From Geosiphon pyriformis uo1 (Eukaryota; Fungi; Glomeromycota), in the NCBI GenBank assembly GCA_016748015.1, contig JAAOMT010000672.1:75428-139427 (forward strand): a stretch of 64,000 nucleotides of DNA, read 5' to 3'. Made by a program: the position numbers and the translations under genes. The notes below the pieces were generated by a model, which was not told the DNA's origin, did no database searches, and worked only from the letters and a program-made list of their open reading frames with translations. The number at the start of each line of letters is the position of its first letter. Position 1 is the stretch's first letter. This document shows positions 38,779 to 53,856 of this stretch, one piece after another.

Positions 38779-40769
38779 AAATAAGTGGAAAACAAAATTG
38801 TTTTTTTATTGACCAAGGGATTTTCCTTCTTAGAGTAGTTTTTGCGAATTTCTCATAAGGTCAGTATCAAATAAATTAATAATTGACATAAATAACTTTG
38901 ATTTCTTTGCTCGGAAACATCCAGGTTTGAAGTCACAGAAATCTTTGAAAGATCGAGATTTGAATTTTTAAAGAATAAAAACTATTAGTCTCATTTTAAA
39001 TAAGTGATTTCTTGATTTTTTTGTTCACAATTTTATTTTATTAATTAAATAGAAAATTTCAAGCTAAATTTTTATTATATGTTCAAGTGTAATTTTTTAA
39101 AAATAATTTTAATATTAAATTAAGAATTTTCGATTTTTTTTTATTAAATATGATTTAATTATTATTTTTTAACAGCTCATATTTTAAGTTAATTAAATTT
39201 ACTTGACAATAATATTTAATTTAGCATATATATTTGTTTTACAGCTTTAGAAATTTTTTGTATTAAAATCAAAATTTTTATTACTTGAAAAAATATTTAT
39301 GTTATTTTTAACTTGTTTTTTTATTATTATAATAAAATGTAATCCAATTACCAACTATAACATAAAACTACATTATCTTACAAATAATTGTAATTCATGG
39401 TTTTTTTTTTACATATAACCAGTTATTTAAGCCAATTAAAACTATTAACAAAAAATTTGACTCATTATATGACAAAAATTAACTTACAAAATTAGCTGTA
39501 CATAAAAAAATTTAATTTATTATATAAATTAGCAAAGCAAATAATAAAAGATTATATTTTTTAAGGCCAATATATAATTTGTTTTTAAGCAATTAAATTT
39601 TTATTCTATATAAATTAAAAAAATAGTAAATAAAATTATTATTTTAAATAATATTTAGCTTGTTAAATCCAAAAAACAAAACTTTTTATAAAGCTTAAAT
39701 TTAAACTTAAAAAAAATTTATTAATATTATTTTAAAAAATTATAATAACAAAATTCTGTAAACTTTTTAATTTATTAGTTATTAAGTCAAATTATTGGCA
39801 CCAAATAATGCTTTTATATATTATTATTACTTAATAAAATCATAAATTTAAGGATTTTTTTAGCAATAATAATAATAATAATAATAATAATTTTATTAAA
39901 TAATATATATTACTACAAATATAATTATAAATTATAATTTTTAAAATAATTATTTTAAAATTTTAAAGAACAAAAAATTATAAAATAAAATATTTAAAAT
40001 AAAAAAATATTGTTTTTATTATTTGTTTTTGAGCAAAAATCAGTTTAATATAAGTTTTTATAAGAAAAAATAATCTAATTTTATTAAAAATACAAAAAAT
40101 ACAATTAACAAAAAACAAAATTTTTTTAATTAATTATTAAAATATGTAATTTTTAAATACTTAAATTTAAAAAATAAATATAAGTTTATAAATTAAAACA
40201 ATTAAAATAGTTTATTAATTTAAAACTATTATAAAAACAATATTTTTAAGCAATATAACAACTTTTATTATTTATTTAACATTATAACAAAAACAAAATA
40301 AAATAATAAATTAATTATTTTTAATTAAAAAATTATAATATAAAATATTAATATTAATAAATTTGTAATATTAATAATAAGTATAAAAAAAATTATAAAA
40401 ATAACATAATTTAAAATATTAATAATAAGTATTAAAACATATTTAAAATATTAATAACAAGTTTTTTATATAAAAATTATAATAAAAATTATAAAAATTA
40501 AATGTAAAATTAGTTAAAAAATATATATTATAAATTAACTTAATTATAATTATAATTTAATTTAATTAAAAACCTAAATTAAATACAAAATTTTTTTAAC
40601 AAACTAAAAAATATTATATAATATAATAATAATAAATTTTATTATGTTTTAATTTTTTATATATTATTATTAAAAGTTTAATTGTTTTTTTTAATATTAT
40701 TAATATTAATAAAAATTATTGAATTTTTAAAGTATTTTTTATACTTAAAGCTATTTATATTATTAAATT

Positions 40770-43609
40770 TTTATTATTATTTATTTAATAAATAAAATCC
40801 AATCACTATCTAGTATATAAGACTAAATTAAGTGGCTTAAATTAAATATGATTTATATACTTTTTACATATAGCTAGCCATTTGGGCCAAATAAAGTAAT
40901 ACTACATGTTTATATAAACCTTTACATTATTATTTAAATCAGAGAAAAACAAATACAGTTTGTATTTATTAAAACCAATTGCAAAAAATTCAATTATTTT
41001 CAAAAAATAAATTATACTATCTAATAAACCAATTACTAAACCAGCAATCAGATCAAACACTATCCTATTATTATTTACTAAATCTGTTCTCTCTATATTT
41101 GCTTTAAACTTAAATTTAATAAACCAAATTTTTAAACAATAAAATTTTACTAATTGTTTTATAAATACAATCACAGTAATCAAAACTTTTTTTTTGTTAT
41201 TAAAAGCTACTACAGCTTTCAAATATCAATTTTTTAGCACAAATTTCTTATAAATTATAGCATATAAACCTATATTAACCAAATACTTAAAAAAAGTTCT
41301 TAATATAACAAAAAAAAAAAATACAGATACTTATTAAAAAAACCTAAATATTAAAGAACTTAATTAAAATTTCTTTATAAATAACAATATTTTTAGGGCA
41401 GATAAAAACATAATCTAAAAATTTCATTTTTCTACACAATAGACATAATACTTCAGAATATCTTTTATTATATAGTTTTTTTCTAACAGTCATAGGCAAA
41501 TATTTATATATAGTTTTTATCAAATATATATGCAGATTAGCAGACTTCTTGCTTGTAAAACCAAAAAGCATATATAAATTAAAATATTATACTTTTACAA
41601 TAGAAGCCAATTTATCTTTTGAATTAATTTATTTAATATTATATTTTGACCAAAATTATTTTCTTATTAAGTATAACATATAGATCTATATATATTACAG
41701 ATAAAATAACAAATATTACCAAAATCAGTCATGTTTTTAATTATAATAAAATGTTTATAAACTCTACTTGACAGAAATAAGAGAAAGTTTACAGCTTTAT
41801 TTGTTATCTAATCTATTTTAATATTGTTTAATATATTTAAATAGTCTTTAACTTTAATTTAATTGACTAAAAAATTTTTGGTTTTTATTAAATTAGTTAT
41901 ATGTTTTCTTTCTATCTAATATTGATTGTAAAAATCTAGTATATTAAGTACAATCTTAAATATATATACATTAATAATAGTCTGGCTATTCAGATACAGA
42001 GCTATTATACAAAAAAATAGAACATATTCCAAAAACAAAACAACAGTTTGCAATTTGATTATTGTAGATAACAGAAAATTATATACTTTGATACTAATTC
42101 CCATATTTACTGCCAGAAAATATGTGATAGCTTTACAAGTTACCTTTACAGAACCCAAATTTTTTGATAATTTATCTATGTATACTTTAATGACATCTAA
42201 CCAAATCTTATGTAAATACTTACAAACATTAAAAAACCCATCAAATTTTAGAATGTTCAATCTATTTGACTTATTAATACAATTAAAATTAGCTATCAAA
42301 GAATTATTATTACACAAAAACTTTAAAGCCAACTTAAATTAAAATAATATAGAGCCTTTAAGATTTAGTTTTTTTCAATAATAAAACATTTTTTAATCTA
42401 CCATATTATTACAAACTTTTTTAAAAAGCAAACTAAATTATAATATAAAGACTTCTCCAAAATATCTGACATTAAAAATTTTTCAAAACTACAAAACATA
42501 TTAGATAGTTTATTGTACAGAAACAAATAATTAACCAAAAAAATTTTTACCACTTTAACCAAAAAATTGTTAATAGAATTAATATGTAACTTGATAAAAC
42601 ATTATAATAAATTCAAAAAAATCCAGCTTAGAATCTGCAAATCCAATTGCTTATAATCAAACAAGTATCCAAGAATGTCTAAAAAATTGACAAAAAACAT
42701 TATTAATACCAATTTGGTCTTAGCTTGTATTTGTTCAAATGATTTTAAATCATATAAGAAAGGATAATATAATATTTTACTAAAAAAGTTATATGACAAA
42801 TTAGCTTTAGATTTAAGACCTTTTTTAACTATAATATTCCATTTATAATACACATTTAACAACATAAAACTAAATAAAAACCTATAACTAACTATAAATT
42901 GTAAAATAGCTGACATTAAATAAGAAAACTGTTTATCCATAATAGTTTTTTTGAGCATTATGTTAACAAAAAAATGAACATTAGAATAGATTTTAGTTAA
43001 ACTTGACTTAAACAAACTTTTAGTTAACAAAAAAATTCCCAAATATTTATGTGATTTACCTTTTTTGGTAATTAAAATTAGCTTGCTATTGGTTTTTAAT
43101 AACACTATTTTAATATCTTAGTTAATTAAAATAGCTATTGTTTTTTATTGTTAATTAAGATATTATTAAATAAAAAAATTTACTGACAATATTTAATATA
43201 TACTGTATAGAAACTTGACTATTTTTAATTTAAATAGTAGTATTAATAAAAACACCAGCTACAAAAAAAGAGGTTTTCCCATTTTTGATTTATATTTTGT
43301 TTATCTTATTCATAAACTTAGTATTGATTTAATATTTGAATAAATAATCATGTTTTTTAATCTCACACAAAAAAAAATTATAAAAAATTTTCCAAAAAAA
43401 AAGGAAAAACATTTCATCTTAATCCAGTTTATTATGTACTTAATATTTATTTATAAAACCAAAATCAGTTTTAACTCTATTTATTCTGTTTTTATAAATG
43501 CTACCAAAGAAATTAATAATTTTTTTACATATTTTAATGTATTATAAGCTGGCTTTTAAATAAAACCAACTAACAGAGTTATAAGATTTATACATATTTT
43601 GCAAACTAA
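40770..43609 (-). mobile_element. Decayed LINE, 3' half (part of RT, RNase H, zinc finger, 3' UTR, tail)
   Basis: ORF pieces homologous to 20354-23389 (HKYLGIFL, LKSFEQIQ, CLLC); family 3' UTR at 40790-40900. Confidence 0.82.
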
Positions 43610-46157
43610 TATTACTCATAGAATATAGGAATTAAATATTAGTACATAAATTAGCCAATCAAAATAAACGTAGTAAAAAGTGGAATTCCAAGATTCCTTT
43701 CAGAGGAATTGCAGGATTCCAGGAATTTCAGGATTCTCATATAAGAAATTGCAGAATTCCAGAATTCCAGAATTCCTTTCAAAAAAATTGCAGAATTTCA
43801 GGAATTTCAAGATTCTTAATTAGAGAATTGAAAAATTCAAGGAATTTTGTACAATAAAATTTATATATATATAGCAGTAGTATTAAAAGTTAGAAAATTA
43901 GTCAGAAAAACTTCCAGAGTCAGTAAAACTCTCAGAGTCAATTAGACTCACAAGTCTTAATTATTAGAATTTTTTAGTTAGAGACCTGTTAGTTTAGATT
44001 TAATCTAAGCAACTTTACACATTACAAATATTAATAAATAATTATTTAATATCTCCAATCTACTTCTCACTATCAATATTTTATGTTGATAGCAATTGAT
44101 ACTTAATCACACTGGAACAATAGCTTTTGATTACAGCTATTGACAAGATACTAACTTGCAATTGTTTTTGTTTATTTTTTTATCTTTTTTTATTTTCTTT
44201 TATTTTCTTTTGTATTTCTATTGGGTTTACTAATTAATTAAAAATTAAAGAGCTGAGTTACAGACATTATAGGGACTGGTAAAAGATCTGTGAAACAAGG
44301 GTAAAACACTTATAGATTTGAGGATAGCTTATTAGAAAGATTACTGGCCACCAAGCTGAAAAAAAAATTTGACAGAATTATGATTCTGGAAGACTACTGA
44401 AACAACTATTGAATCTCTGTTCATTATACAAAGAACTCAACAAAAAACCTTCAGATAACAATACCTTCAGATACTACTAACAACATTATATCAATTGAGC
44501 ACCAAGTTATAAATTTGTTATTTGCTTTGAGACTCCAAATAATCACTTGTAACATTTGGTGCTCCCTGTGAGATATAATTCAACAAAGAACCAGTACTAA
44601 CAACAACCATACAGGAAAGTGACAGACCAAGAGAAAACAAAGAAAAATTACTTAGGATTCATGAAATCTTTATTTTACTATTACCTTTAAAAAACTCATT
44701 AAATTGAAACTCCAATTATTCAAAACCTGAGCATTAAAACCCCAAACATTTGAAACTTATCCATAATAAAAAATCATTAAATTCAAACTCCGATTATTTA
44801 AGACCTAATCATTAAAAACCTCAAACATTCGAAACTTATCTTTGATAAATTCATTAAAAACTTGTTAAATTAAAACTCCGATTATTCAAGACCCGATTAT
44901 TAAATCTCCGAACATTTGAAACTTACTTTTGATAAACTTGTTAAAACTTCAACTATTCAAGACCTGATTGTTCAAAAACTCAAACATTCGAAACCCAATA
45001 ATTCCAATTCCACTATTGTATAAAGAACTTACCTTCGATAAACTCATTAAATTAAAAACTCCAAAAATTATTTGAAACCCAATAATTCCAACCCTGCTAT
45101 CATATAAAGAAACTTACCTTCGATAAAATTCATTAAAACTCTGATTCTTCAAGACCTGATAGTTCAAAACCCAAACATTCGAAATCCAATAAATTCTAAC
45201 CTTACTAATGTAAAAAGAAACTTACCTTCGGTAAAACTTGTTAAAAGTTAAAACTCCGATTATTCAAGACTCAATTGTTCAAAACCCAAACATTCAAAAC
45301 CCAATAAGTCTAACCCTGCTATTGGACAAGGAAACTTACCTCAGATAAAACCCATCAAATCTTTAGAAATTCAAAACTCCAATTATTTAAAGATCTGTTG
45401 GAAGAATTCCAAAAAAAAACTACACAAATTCATACTTACCTGTACAAAGACTGCCTTCTTTCATGCCAAAAGTCAGCATTGAAAAAGTGTCAATACAAAA
45501 AAGACTTAGAAAAGAAAAAGGAATTTGAAAATCAGCAGTACCAAAATTGATCAACAAATCATCAAAACTCACCTGATAGTTCTAAGTCACAATCTACTTC
45601 CATGCATCATATATTTAAACTCTGAGGAAGACAAACCAATTAGCAAAAATTGGAATTGGAACTTAATTCCAATTTAAACTCCACTGATAATGACAATAAT
45701 TCAAACTCCACTAAATAACAATAACAATTTAAACTTCACCAACAATGATTCAAACTCCACTTCAAACACCAAACAATATATCACACTTTTAAATCTTACA
45801 ATGGAGCAGAAATTAACTAAATTCAGTGATAATAATGAGAACATTATGTCTAAACATGCACATAATACAGATACAAGATTTGAACATGGATATTCTGGAC
45901 AGACCACTACAGTTAAAAACTCCAATCACATATAAAATTAGATTTACAAATAGCAATAAAAATTACCACAACAACATTGATACAAAAGAGAGATTTAGAA
46001 AATTTTGCAGGAGCTCAATATTAAAGGAGAAAATAATGTTACTTATAGAATATAGGAATTAAATATTAGTACATAAATTAGCCAATCAGAATAAACATAA
46101 TAAAAAGTGAAATTTCAGAATTCCTTTCAAAGGAATTGCAGGATTCCAGAAATTTCA
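43610..46157 (+). mobile_element. Non-autonomous LTR element D related to B; 3' LTR truncated
   Basis: 5' LTR 43610-44554, PBS at 44557, short gag start, tandem array, fragment of the pre-dUTPase region (45600-45900), PPT near 46023, and 3' LTR 46037-~46157. Confidence 0.88.
44701..45390 (+). repeat. Tandem array of about 8 units of 75-110 bp inside element D
   Basis: Recurring AAACTCCGATTATTCAAGACC...AAACATTCGAAAC...ACTTACCTTCGATAAA. Confidence 0.9.
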
Positions 46158-49100
46158 ACACAAACTTAATATTGTGAAAAAATTTTGATGCCAAAACAAA
46201 CCAAGAAGATATTGGTCTTCTAAGATCTAATTTTTTCTAATAATAGAATGTTTTTTAATCTATAATTCTACTTTGTTTATCCAAAAGTCTATTGTAAAAA
46301 GCTATACCAAATCTTTTTAAAAAACTAATCTTTTTAAAGTACAATGAAATTTTTAAGACATTTAACATAAAAAATTTGCCAGAACTAAAAAATGCACAAG
46401 GCAGATTATTTGCTAACAAGAAACTATTGTCCAAAAAATACTTACCACTTTAACTAAAAAATTGTTAAAAAAACTAACACACAATCTTATTAAATACTAT
46501 AAAAAATTCAAAAGAGTCCAGCTCAAAATCCATGTTCAAAAAGCTAATCAAGAATCTTAGAAGCATTTGTGAAGATAATTGTCAATACAATCTTCTTTTC
46601 AGTTTGAATTTGTTTTAATATTTTCAGATCATACAATAAAAAATAATACAATATCTTACTTAAAAAATCACAGAACAACTCAGTTTTTAATTTCAGATTT
46701 TTTTGATTAAAATATTTTATTAATAACAAACTCCAAGAAAAATAATACTAAACTGTAAATAATAGTTAACAATAGATTACAAAACAGCCAAAACCAAATA
46801 TAAAAACTGTTTATTTATAATAGCTTTTCTTAAGACCATATTTGAAAAAAACTTAACATTGAATTAATTCTTAATTAAACTGGACTTGAATATTTTATTA
46901 ATAAATAAAAAGATTTTCAAATATTTGTGTAATATATTACTTTTAACAATTAAAATAAATAACTTACTAATGTTTAAAAAAACATTTTTAATCTTCTTAT
47001 TAATAAGAATAGTTACTGTCTTGTCATTATTAATTGAGATATTAATAATTGAAAAAAATTTACTGACAATATCTAATATATATTGTATAAAAATTTGACT
47101 ATTTCTAATTCATATAGTATTATCTATAAAAGCACTAACTACAAAAAAAAAGTTATTCTTCTTTTGGTTTTTACTTTTTTTGTTTTAGCCACAAATCTAA
47201 TATCAATTCAGTATTTACATAAATAGTTTTGTTTTTTAATCTTATACAAAAAAGAATTATAGAAAATTTTTCAAAGAAGAAGAAAGAATATCTTACTTTA
47301 ATTTAGTTTATCATATATCTAATATTTATTTATAAGACCAAAATCTGTCATAATTTTATTTAATTTATTTTTATAAATGCTGTTAAAAAAGATAATGAAT
47401 TTTTTACACATTTTTATATGCTATAGACTAGTTTTTCAATAGTGTCAACCAATTAAGTTATATGTTTTATATATATTTTGTAAAACCAACCAAATCTTTT
47501 TGTTTTTTTTTAAAAAATCTTTGACTATTAAATTAACAGCAAAAATAAAAGATTGTATTAAAGTGCTTTTTAAAACAAAGAAGTTGTTTTTACCAAAAAC
47601 ATTGAATTTGTTGTAAACAAAAGAAATCTGATTTGAAAAAATCTTAAAAAAATTTTTTTTAGTCATCTTAATTAAGATAATAAGTTAAGTGTTTATTAAA
47701 ATTCTATCTTATTTATAAGGTTTAAATATTATTAAAACCTACACCCTTTTCTATAGAATTAGAACTACACTCAAAGTTAAACATAAATTTAGAAATTCCA
47801 AAAAACACTTAAGAATATTATTGCCATAATGTTTTTACAATTTATTGAAAATATTACTTAGATCAGCAGCTTTATTATCTAACAAATTCTTGATTACCTA
47901 AACCAATTTTTCAAAACCAATAATATTTATAATATTTAAAAATACATTATTATTTACATAGTTTAAAGAGACATATTAATTAGTCTAAAGTTTAGACAAA
48001 GATTTAAAAACTACTTGCTTCTTAGTCTAACTCTCTATAATTACATTAACTTTAGATTTAATATTATTAGGTTCCAAAACCAATTTATTATTAACTATTA
48101 AATAATTTAATAATATCTTGTAAAATGGTTTTTTTAATACATTTTTAATCATACAGTTTTTATTTAAGCAAAAATTTTTCATTTTTTTCTTGATTACACA
48201 TCTTATAACAGTTGTCTCAGTAGTTTTGAACTCATGTATTTTGGACTTTTAATAATTTTTCCTAATCTAAGACAAACAACTAAAAATATTTATTGACTTA
48301 GCACTATTTTAAATCATAACTTGTATTTTAAAAGCCCTATTTTTATCAATAATCAACCAAGTATAAAGCAAAAAATTAGTTCTAAATGTATTATTAGACT
48401 TAAAAGATTTTACCACTTTGGCAATTAATTCCAATTTGAAAAACCTTGACAATTGTTTGTTGGAGGAATATTTAGTTTTACTATACCAATGTTTAAAAAA
48501 TATTTTGTCTGCTGATTTTACAATTACATTTCTTAAAAATTTTTATATTATATTCAGATTACTTCTTATACTTGTTCTATCAAATTTATCTATTATTAAA
48601 GAAAGTTTAATTGAAGAAAAATCACAAAATTTACTCTACTTAATACTATTAGTATTTTTAATCTTAAATTTTCAATGCTTCCTATTTGCTTATTTGTAAA
48701 TACTATTTAAACAAGCATTTAAAAAACCCCAATCTAATTAAAACATTAACTGCTTTATGATTTGTATTAAAAAAGTCAGACACAAAGCTGATCTCACAAT
48801 CTGCAATTGTTAATAACAAATCTCTATTAACAAAAATATAATTGATAACTTTTTCAGCTTTTTTAAAGTTGTTCTAAATAGAAAATTTAGCCAAAAAATA
48901 TTTATAAAATAAATTAACCAGATTCATATCTGAACATTTCTTGAAATTTGTGTTTTTCTTGAAATTATTTTCATTAAAGTTACAATTTAGAATCACAAAA
49001 AAGCTAGAATCAATTATCTTAAAAATAATAAAATTAATATTAGAAGCTTGACTAAATTTTGTTTCAGCCAATACACTAGTATATAAATTCAGAATTGTAA

Positions 49101-51400
49101 CCAAAAGCTTGTTTTTAAATAACAAACAAACAAAAATATTTTGCCAAAAACTTTTACAACTTTTAATATATGTTAAACTAAAGAATAGTTTATAATCATA
49201 GTTATATCAGTATCACAAAAATCTTTATTCAAACCTAACATAAAAATTCGAATATTGTCAAATCTATTTTTAATCTATGGCCTAATAGTACATTTTAATT
49301 TAGTTTTAGTAAGAATAAAAATTATGTTGTCAAATTTTAAATGCCAACAAACAATGTTTTTTTGTTTAGCCAAATTGTTTATACCTCTAATATTACACAT
49401 GGCAATTTTCTAAAACAATTTACTTATTTTAACAAAAAAAATACCAAAAAACCTGAATTAAAGCACAATTGATTTAATCTTTTCAGAACAAAAGCAATAG
49501 ACATCTCAAAAGCAATTATTTTAAATTCTAAATCTTTTATCTTAAAAATTAGAATCTTAGAGCTGTTTATGCCCAAATCTAAAGTTATATTTATTGTTAA
49601 AAAAAGAAAAAAAGATGATATTTATAGAATATTCAAAACCATATTTAAATTTAAAACTGAATTGGAAATTATCAAACCAAATAACATAAAAAAAAAGATG
49701 AAAACAAAAAAACCAAACTTAGTCTATTTAGTCTATGTATAATACTTAATACCTAATTATTTAACAGTTCCAAAAAACATTTTAAAAAAGCCAGCTTACT
49801 ACCAATTGTAGATGTATTTGAAAAACCAGAAAAGTTTTTATTATAGTGTAAAACATCAAAACAACAAAATTCTAAAATGAAATTAACATAAATAATAATA
49901 GAAATAATTATTGATAATATTATTGGTACCTAGAACTTGTTATCAAAGATAGTAAATTGAACAATAGAAACATTTTTCTTTACTTAAAAATAGACCAGCT
50001 AAAAATAATCCTTATTTGAAATATTTTTTTTATAAACTTTTTTTAAAATAAAAGCAAATGAACCTAAAAAGTCATATTTAAGGAATAAATGTTTAAAATA
50101 TTCACACTTTTTACAATAAACCAAATTTAGTCTAGTTCAAGAAAGTTTTACATTACCAAAAATCAGTTTTGTATAAAAGACAGATTCCAGTTTTTTATTT
50201 AATTCAAAACTAATTACAATACAATAAACTCTATTACTAGAGTCAAATAATTAATTGATAATACAAGTTTTTTTATCAATCTTTTTTAACAAAGCATTAA
50301 GATTATAAGCAGTTGTTTTTATGAAAAAGATAAACAAAAGTACAGTGAATTAATCTTTAAACATTTATATATTATGATTTTTTATAGTTTTTATTATATG
50401 TACTAAATCTTTCTTGATTAAGAATAATTATTTGACTGCCAACTAATCTGCTTAATTTAATTCAGCAAATTTTACTACAGCCCAATAAGTTGCAATTTAA
50501 TTAACACAATTTAACCAAATTCAATTATTATGGCAATAATCATTTTTTTAACATATCTATGAGAATTTTTTTAATCATTACAGTTCAATTTAAATACATT
50601 TTTTGTTTTTTAAGATTATTATTTACTTTGATTTCTTTCTTTTTAGCCAATAATACAGTTTTATTCATATTTTTTTCTAATGTAAATATAGATCTGATGA
50701 TTTTTTTAAATTTTAAGAAAGTAGTGACACTTTTAAAATTATTAATTAATAAAAAAATTTTTCTGATTGCCTAAGTCTTTGCAATTACCAATTTATCTTC
50801 TACAGCTAAGAAATTAATGTTTAATGCAAAAGATTTCTTAACAAATATCTTCATCTAAGTTTTAATAATATTTGAGTTAATTTATTTTTTATCTAAGGAC
50901 ATTAAAAATTAAGAAAAAAGCAAAACTTTATTATTATTTGAACTGTATTTTAATATTCTGATAAGAAAGCCAATTATTTTACTAGTATTGTTTTTTTGGC
51001 TTTAAAAATATTTATGTTTAAATAAAAGTGATTTTTATTTTTGTTGCCAGCTTCATATTTAATATTATTATTAGCAAATAAGACTATTGGCACTTTTTTA
51101 TAAGTATCTATTTTATTAAATTGCTTAACCACTTGCTTGATTTCTCTAAATTTCATATTTGTTTTATCTCTTAAATGCTTAAAATTTTCCAAAATTGTTT
51201 TTTGTTACTAAACAAAACTTTTATTAACTGAATTTAATATCAAAACTCTTGTTGACTTTTTTTTAGACACAGAATTACTTATAGTAACAGCTAATTTAAT
51301 AACAAAGATATTTGTTTCTTAAGAAATAGTAAAAAATATTGTAGTAAAAACAGAAAAAACTTTTTTCAAAAATGTTGACTCTTGGGAATTTGAGATAAAA
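46158..51400 (-). mobile_element. Decayed LINE (ORF1, APE, RT), 3' end lost
   Basis: RT remnant IWLVLQNIYKTYNLIG at 47445-47666, APE remnants at 48870-49420, ORF1 remnants to ~51300. Boundaries approximate. Confidence 0.78.
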
Positions 51401-52361
51401 AAGAAAAAAAATTTTTTAATTTTTTTATTAAATATAATATAAATTTAAAAAATTAAATTACTAATTTTAAAAACTATATAATTAAAAAAATTAATTAATT
51501 TAGTCTAATTTTTTTCTAATTAACAAAAAAAATTTTAATACTATTTTTAGTTACTAAAATTAATTAATATTAAAAACAATTATAATTGTATTAAAAAACC
51601 TAAAATAAACAATATTATATAGTTAAATATTAAATTTTAACATAATTTATAAAACTTTATTAAAAATACTAAGCATATTTATAATATTAAATAAACAATA
51701 TTTTAAAATTATATTATATATTTTATAGTTATAAAGTTCAATATTTTATTTTAAATAAATTAAAAAATACAGTTATAAACAAAAAAATTATAAATTTTAC
51801 ATAAAAAAAACTTAATATAAAATTATAAACAAAAATTAAAAACTTAATAATTTCAAATTCAAATCAGTTTGTAATACATATTTAAAAACCTCAATATTTG
51901 AAATCTTTGAATTTTTATTACAATTTAGCATTTTTTGAAATTTAAAGATCCTAGATGAAAAGTTATGAAAAAAAGAGTGAATAATCTGTTTACTTTGGGA
52001 GAAATCTTCAACACTGAAAAGACTATTCCTAATCATCTACAAAATATCAATATAACAGACAATAGAAAAATGATAAACTATCGACTGTATTATGGTAACA
52101 GGATTTACTCAAAAAAACAACTTTACATGAATAAAAATATTAACAAACTTAAAAAATAAAGATAACTCCAGATTAACATAATAAAATGAGTCATTAAAAA
52201 GACTTGAACAAAAGAATGTCTATGCAGTGGTAGCATGAGAATATCCCCTCTATATTCTCATAATTATACGAAGAGTGTCTTTTTGCAACCTTTTAAAAGA
52301 AAAGACATATAACAAAATTTACGATTCCAGGAGATTTCATTGGTTCCCAATCAATAAGTAA

Positions 52362-53817
52362 TTAACTCTGTTGATTCCAATATTGGTTACGACTGGTGGG
52401 CTGATGGTGCGTTTGAGCTTGCGGATGATATTGCTGATGATGTGTCTGTTGGTATTGATACCCATTGAACATCTGTTGTTGCTGCTGCTGCTGTTGTTGG
52501 GCTTGCTGTTGGGCATAATAGGTGGGAGTACCAGGTTGTTGATGCTGCGCAGTGGATTGGCTAACTCCACTCTGGCCACCGGAAGATGAAGTTTTTTCAT
52601 ATCCCTTATATTGAGTAGTTGTATTCAAATCAGTACCATTACTGCTAGTTTTTCCTCCGGTTGAGCTAGGTCCCGCGGATACACCAGGTTGATTATTAGT
52701 TCCACTGTTACCCAAGAAATTTTGAAGTTGTGGAATACCACTGGCTCCACCATATGCTTTTTGATAGTCATGAACGCTTGGGACTCCTGGTAAATGATGT
52801 ATTCCGGCAGCAGTAATATCGTCATAACCTGTCGTGGATGAATGAGAATAATGATGAGGTGGAGCATTTGGCGTTGTGGGATTCGCTGGATAACCGTATG
52901 GAGAAGCAGCCGATGCTGATCCAGGCTTGGTCGTATGATGATGATGTGTATTATACATAGGATACATTGATTTATTTACAAATGGTTGACCATAGCCGGA
53001 TTGCTGATATGCCGGAGAAAATTGGTTCATATAATAATACGGATAATAGGGCATACCAAGAGCAGGGTAAGCTTGTTGTTGCTGGGGGGTTTGGCTTTGT
53101 TGGTTGGCAGTGGAGTTTTGGCTGGATGTCGTTTGATTAGATGTTTGACTAGCAGTACTCGTATTATTCTCAGGTACATATTTACTATCACGTGTCTGAT
53201 ATGCGTTAGATGAAACTGGTGAGGCTTGACCATAAGCGGCTGGATCAGTAGCATAATAAGCCTAATTTAATTAAGAATTATTAGAAAAAATTAATGATAC
53301 AAAAATCCTGTTACGTATTGAAAATTAAATATACCATCATGCGTTGAGCGTCAGCAGGTGCGTATAGCGTGCCGCCATATTCTGGTAAAGATTGCATTGG
53401 TCCGATTCCAAATCCTGAAAGTTGATTTGGAGGTTGCGTCGGTAAATACGAGCCATACGGCGAAGGCTCTCCTAATCCTAGATGAGATTGTTGTCCAATA
53501 TAAGCAGAGTTTTGTTCTTGTTGCTTGAAATAAGAAGGATTAAAGGCGGTAACACCAGGGGTAGGATTTGATACTGTTCCCTGAGTAGTAGACTGAGTAC
53601 TATTGACTGAAGGAGTAACATTTTGTATAGTTGAAGTTACGCCAGGAAGACGGTTAGCATTGTTCGTATGTGAAAGTGTTGAGGCTAATTGTTGCGTTTG
53701 TTGCTGTGCCTGTTGTGCTTGAACAGCTTGTTGCACTTGAGCAGCTTGTTGTTGAGCCAGTGCTGCTGCTGCCTGTTGGACTGATTGGTGTTGTTGTTGT
53801 TGCTGTTGTTGTTGCTG

Positions 53818-53856
<39 letters not shown>

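Noticed and set aside
38900-40770. Centromere or other functional AT-rich element
   Set aside because: No periodicity or motif; most simply end-stage decayed repeat, and not testable from sequence alone.
44701-45390. CRISPR-like array
   Set aside because: Units are degenerate tandem copies without unique spacers, there are no cas genes, and the context is a eukaryotic retroelement.
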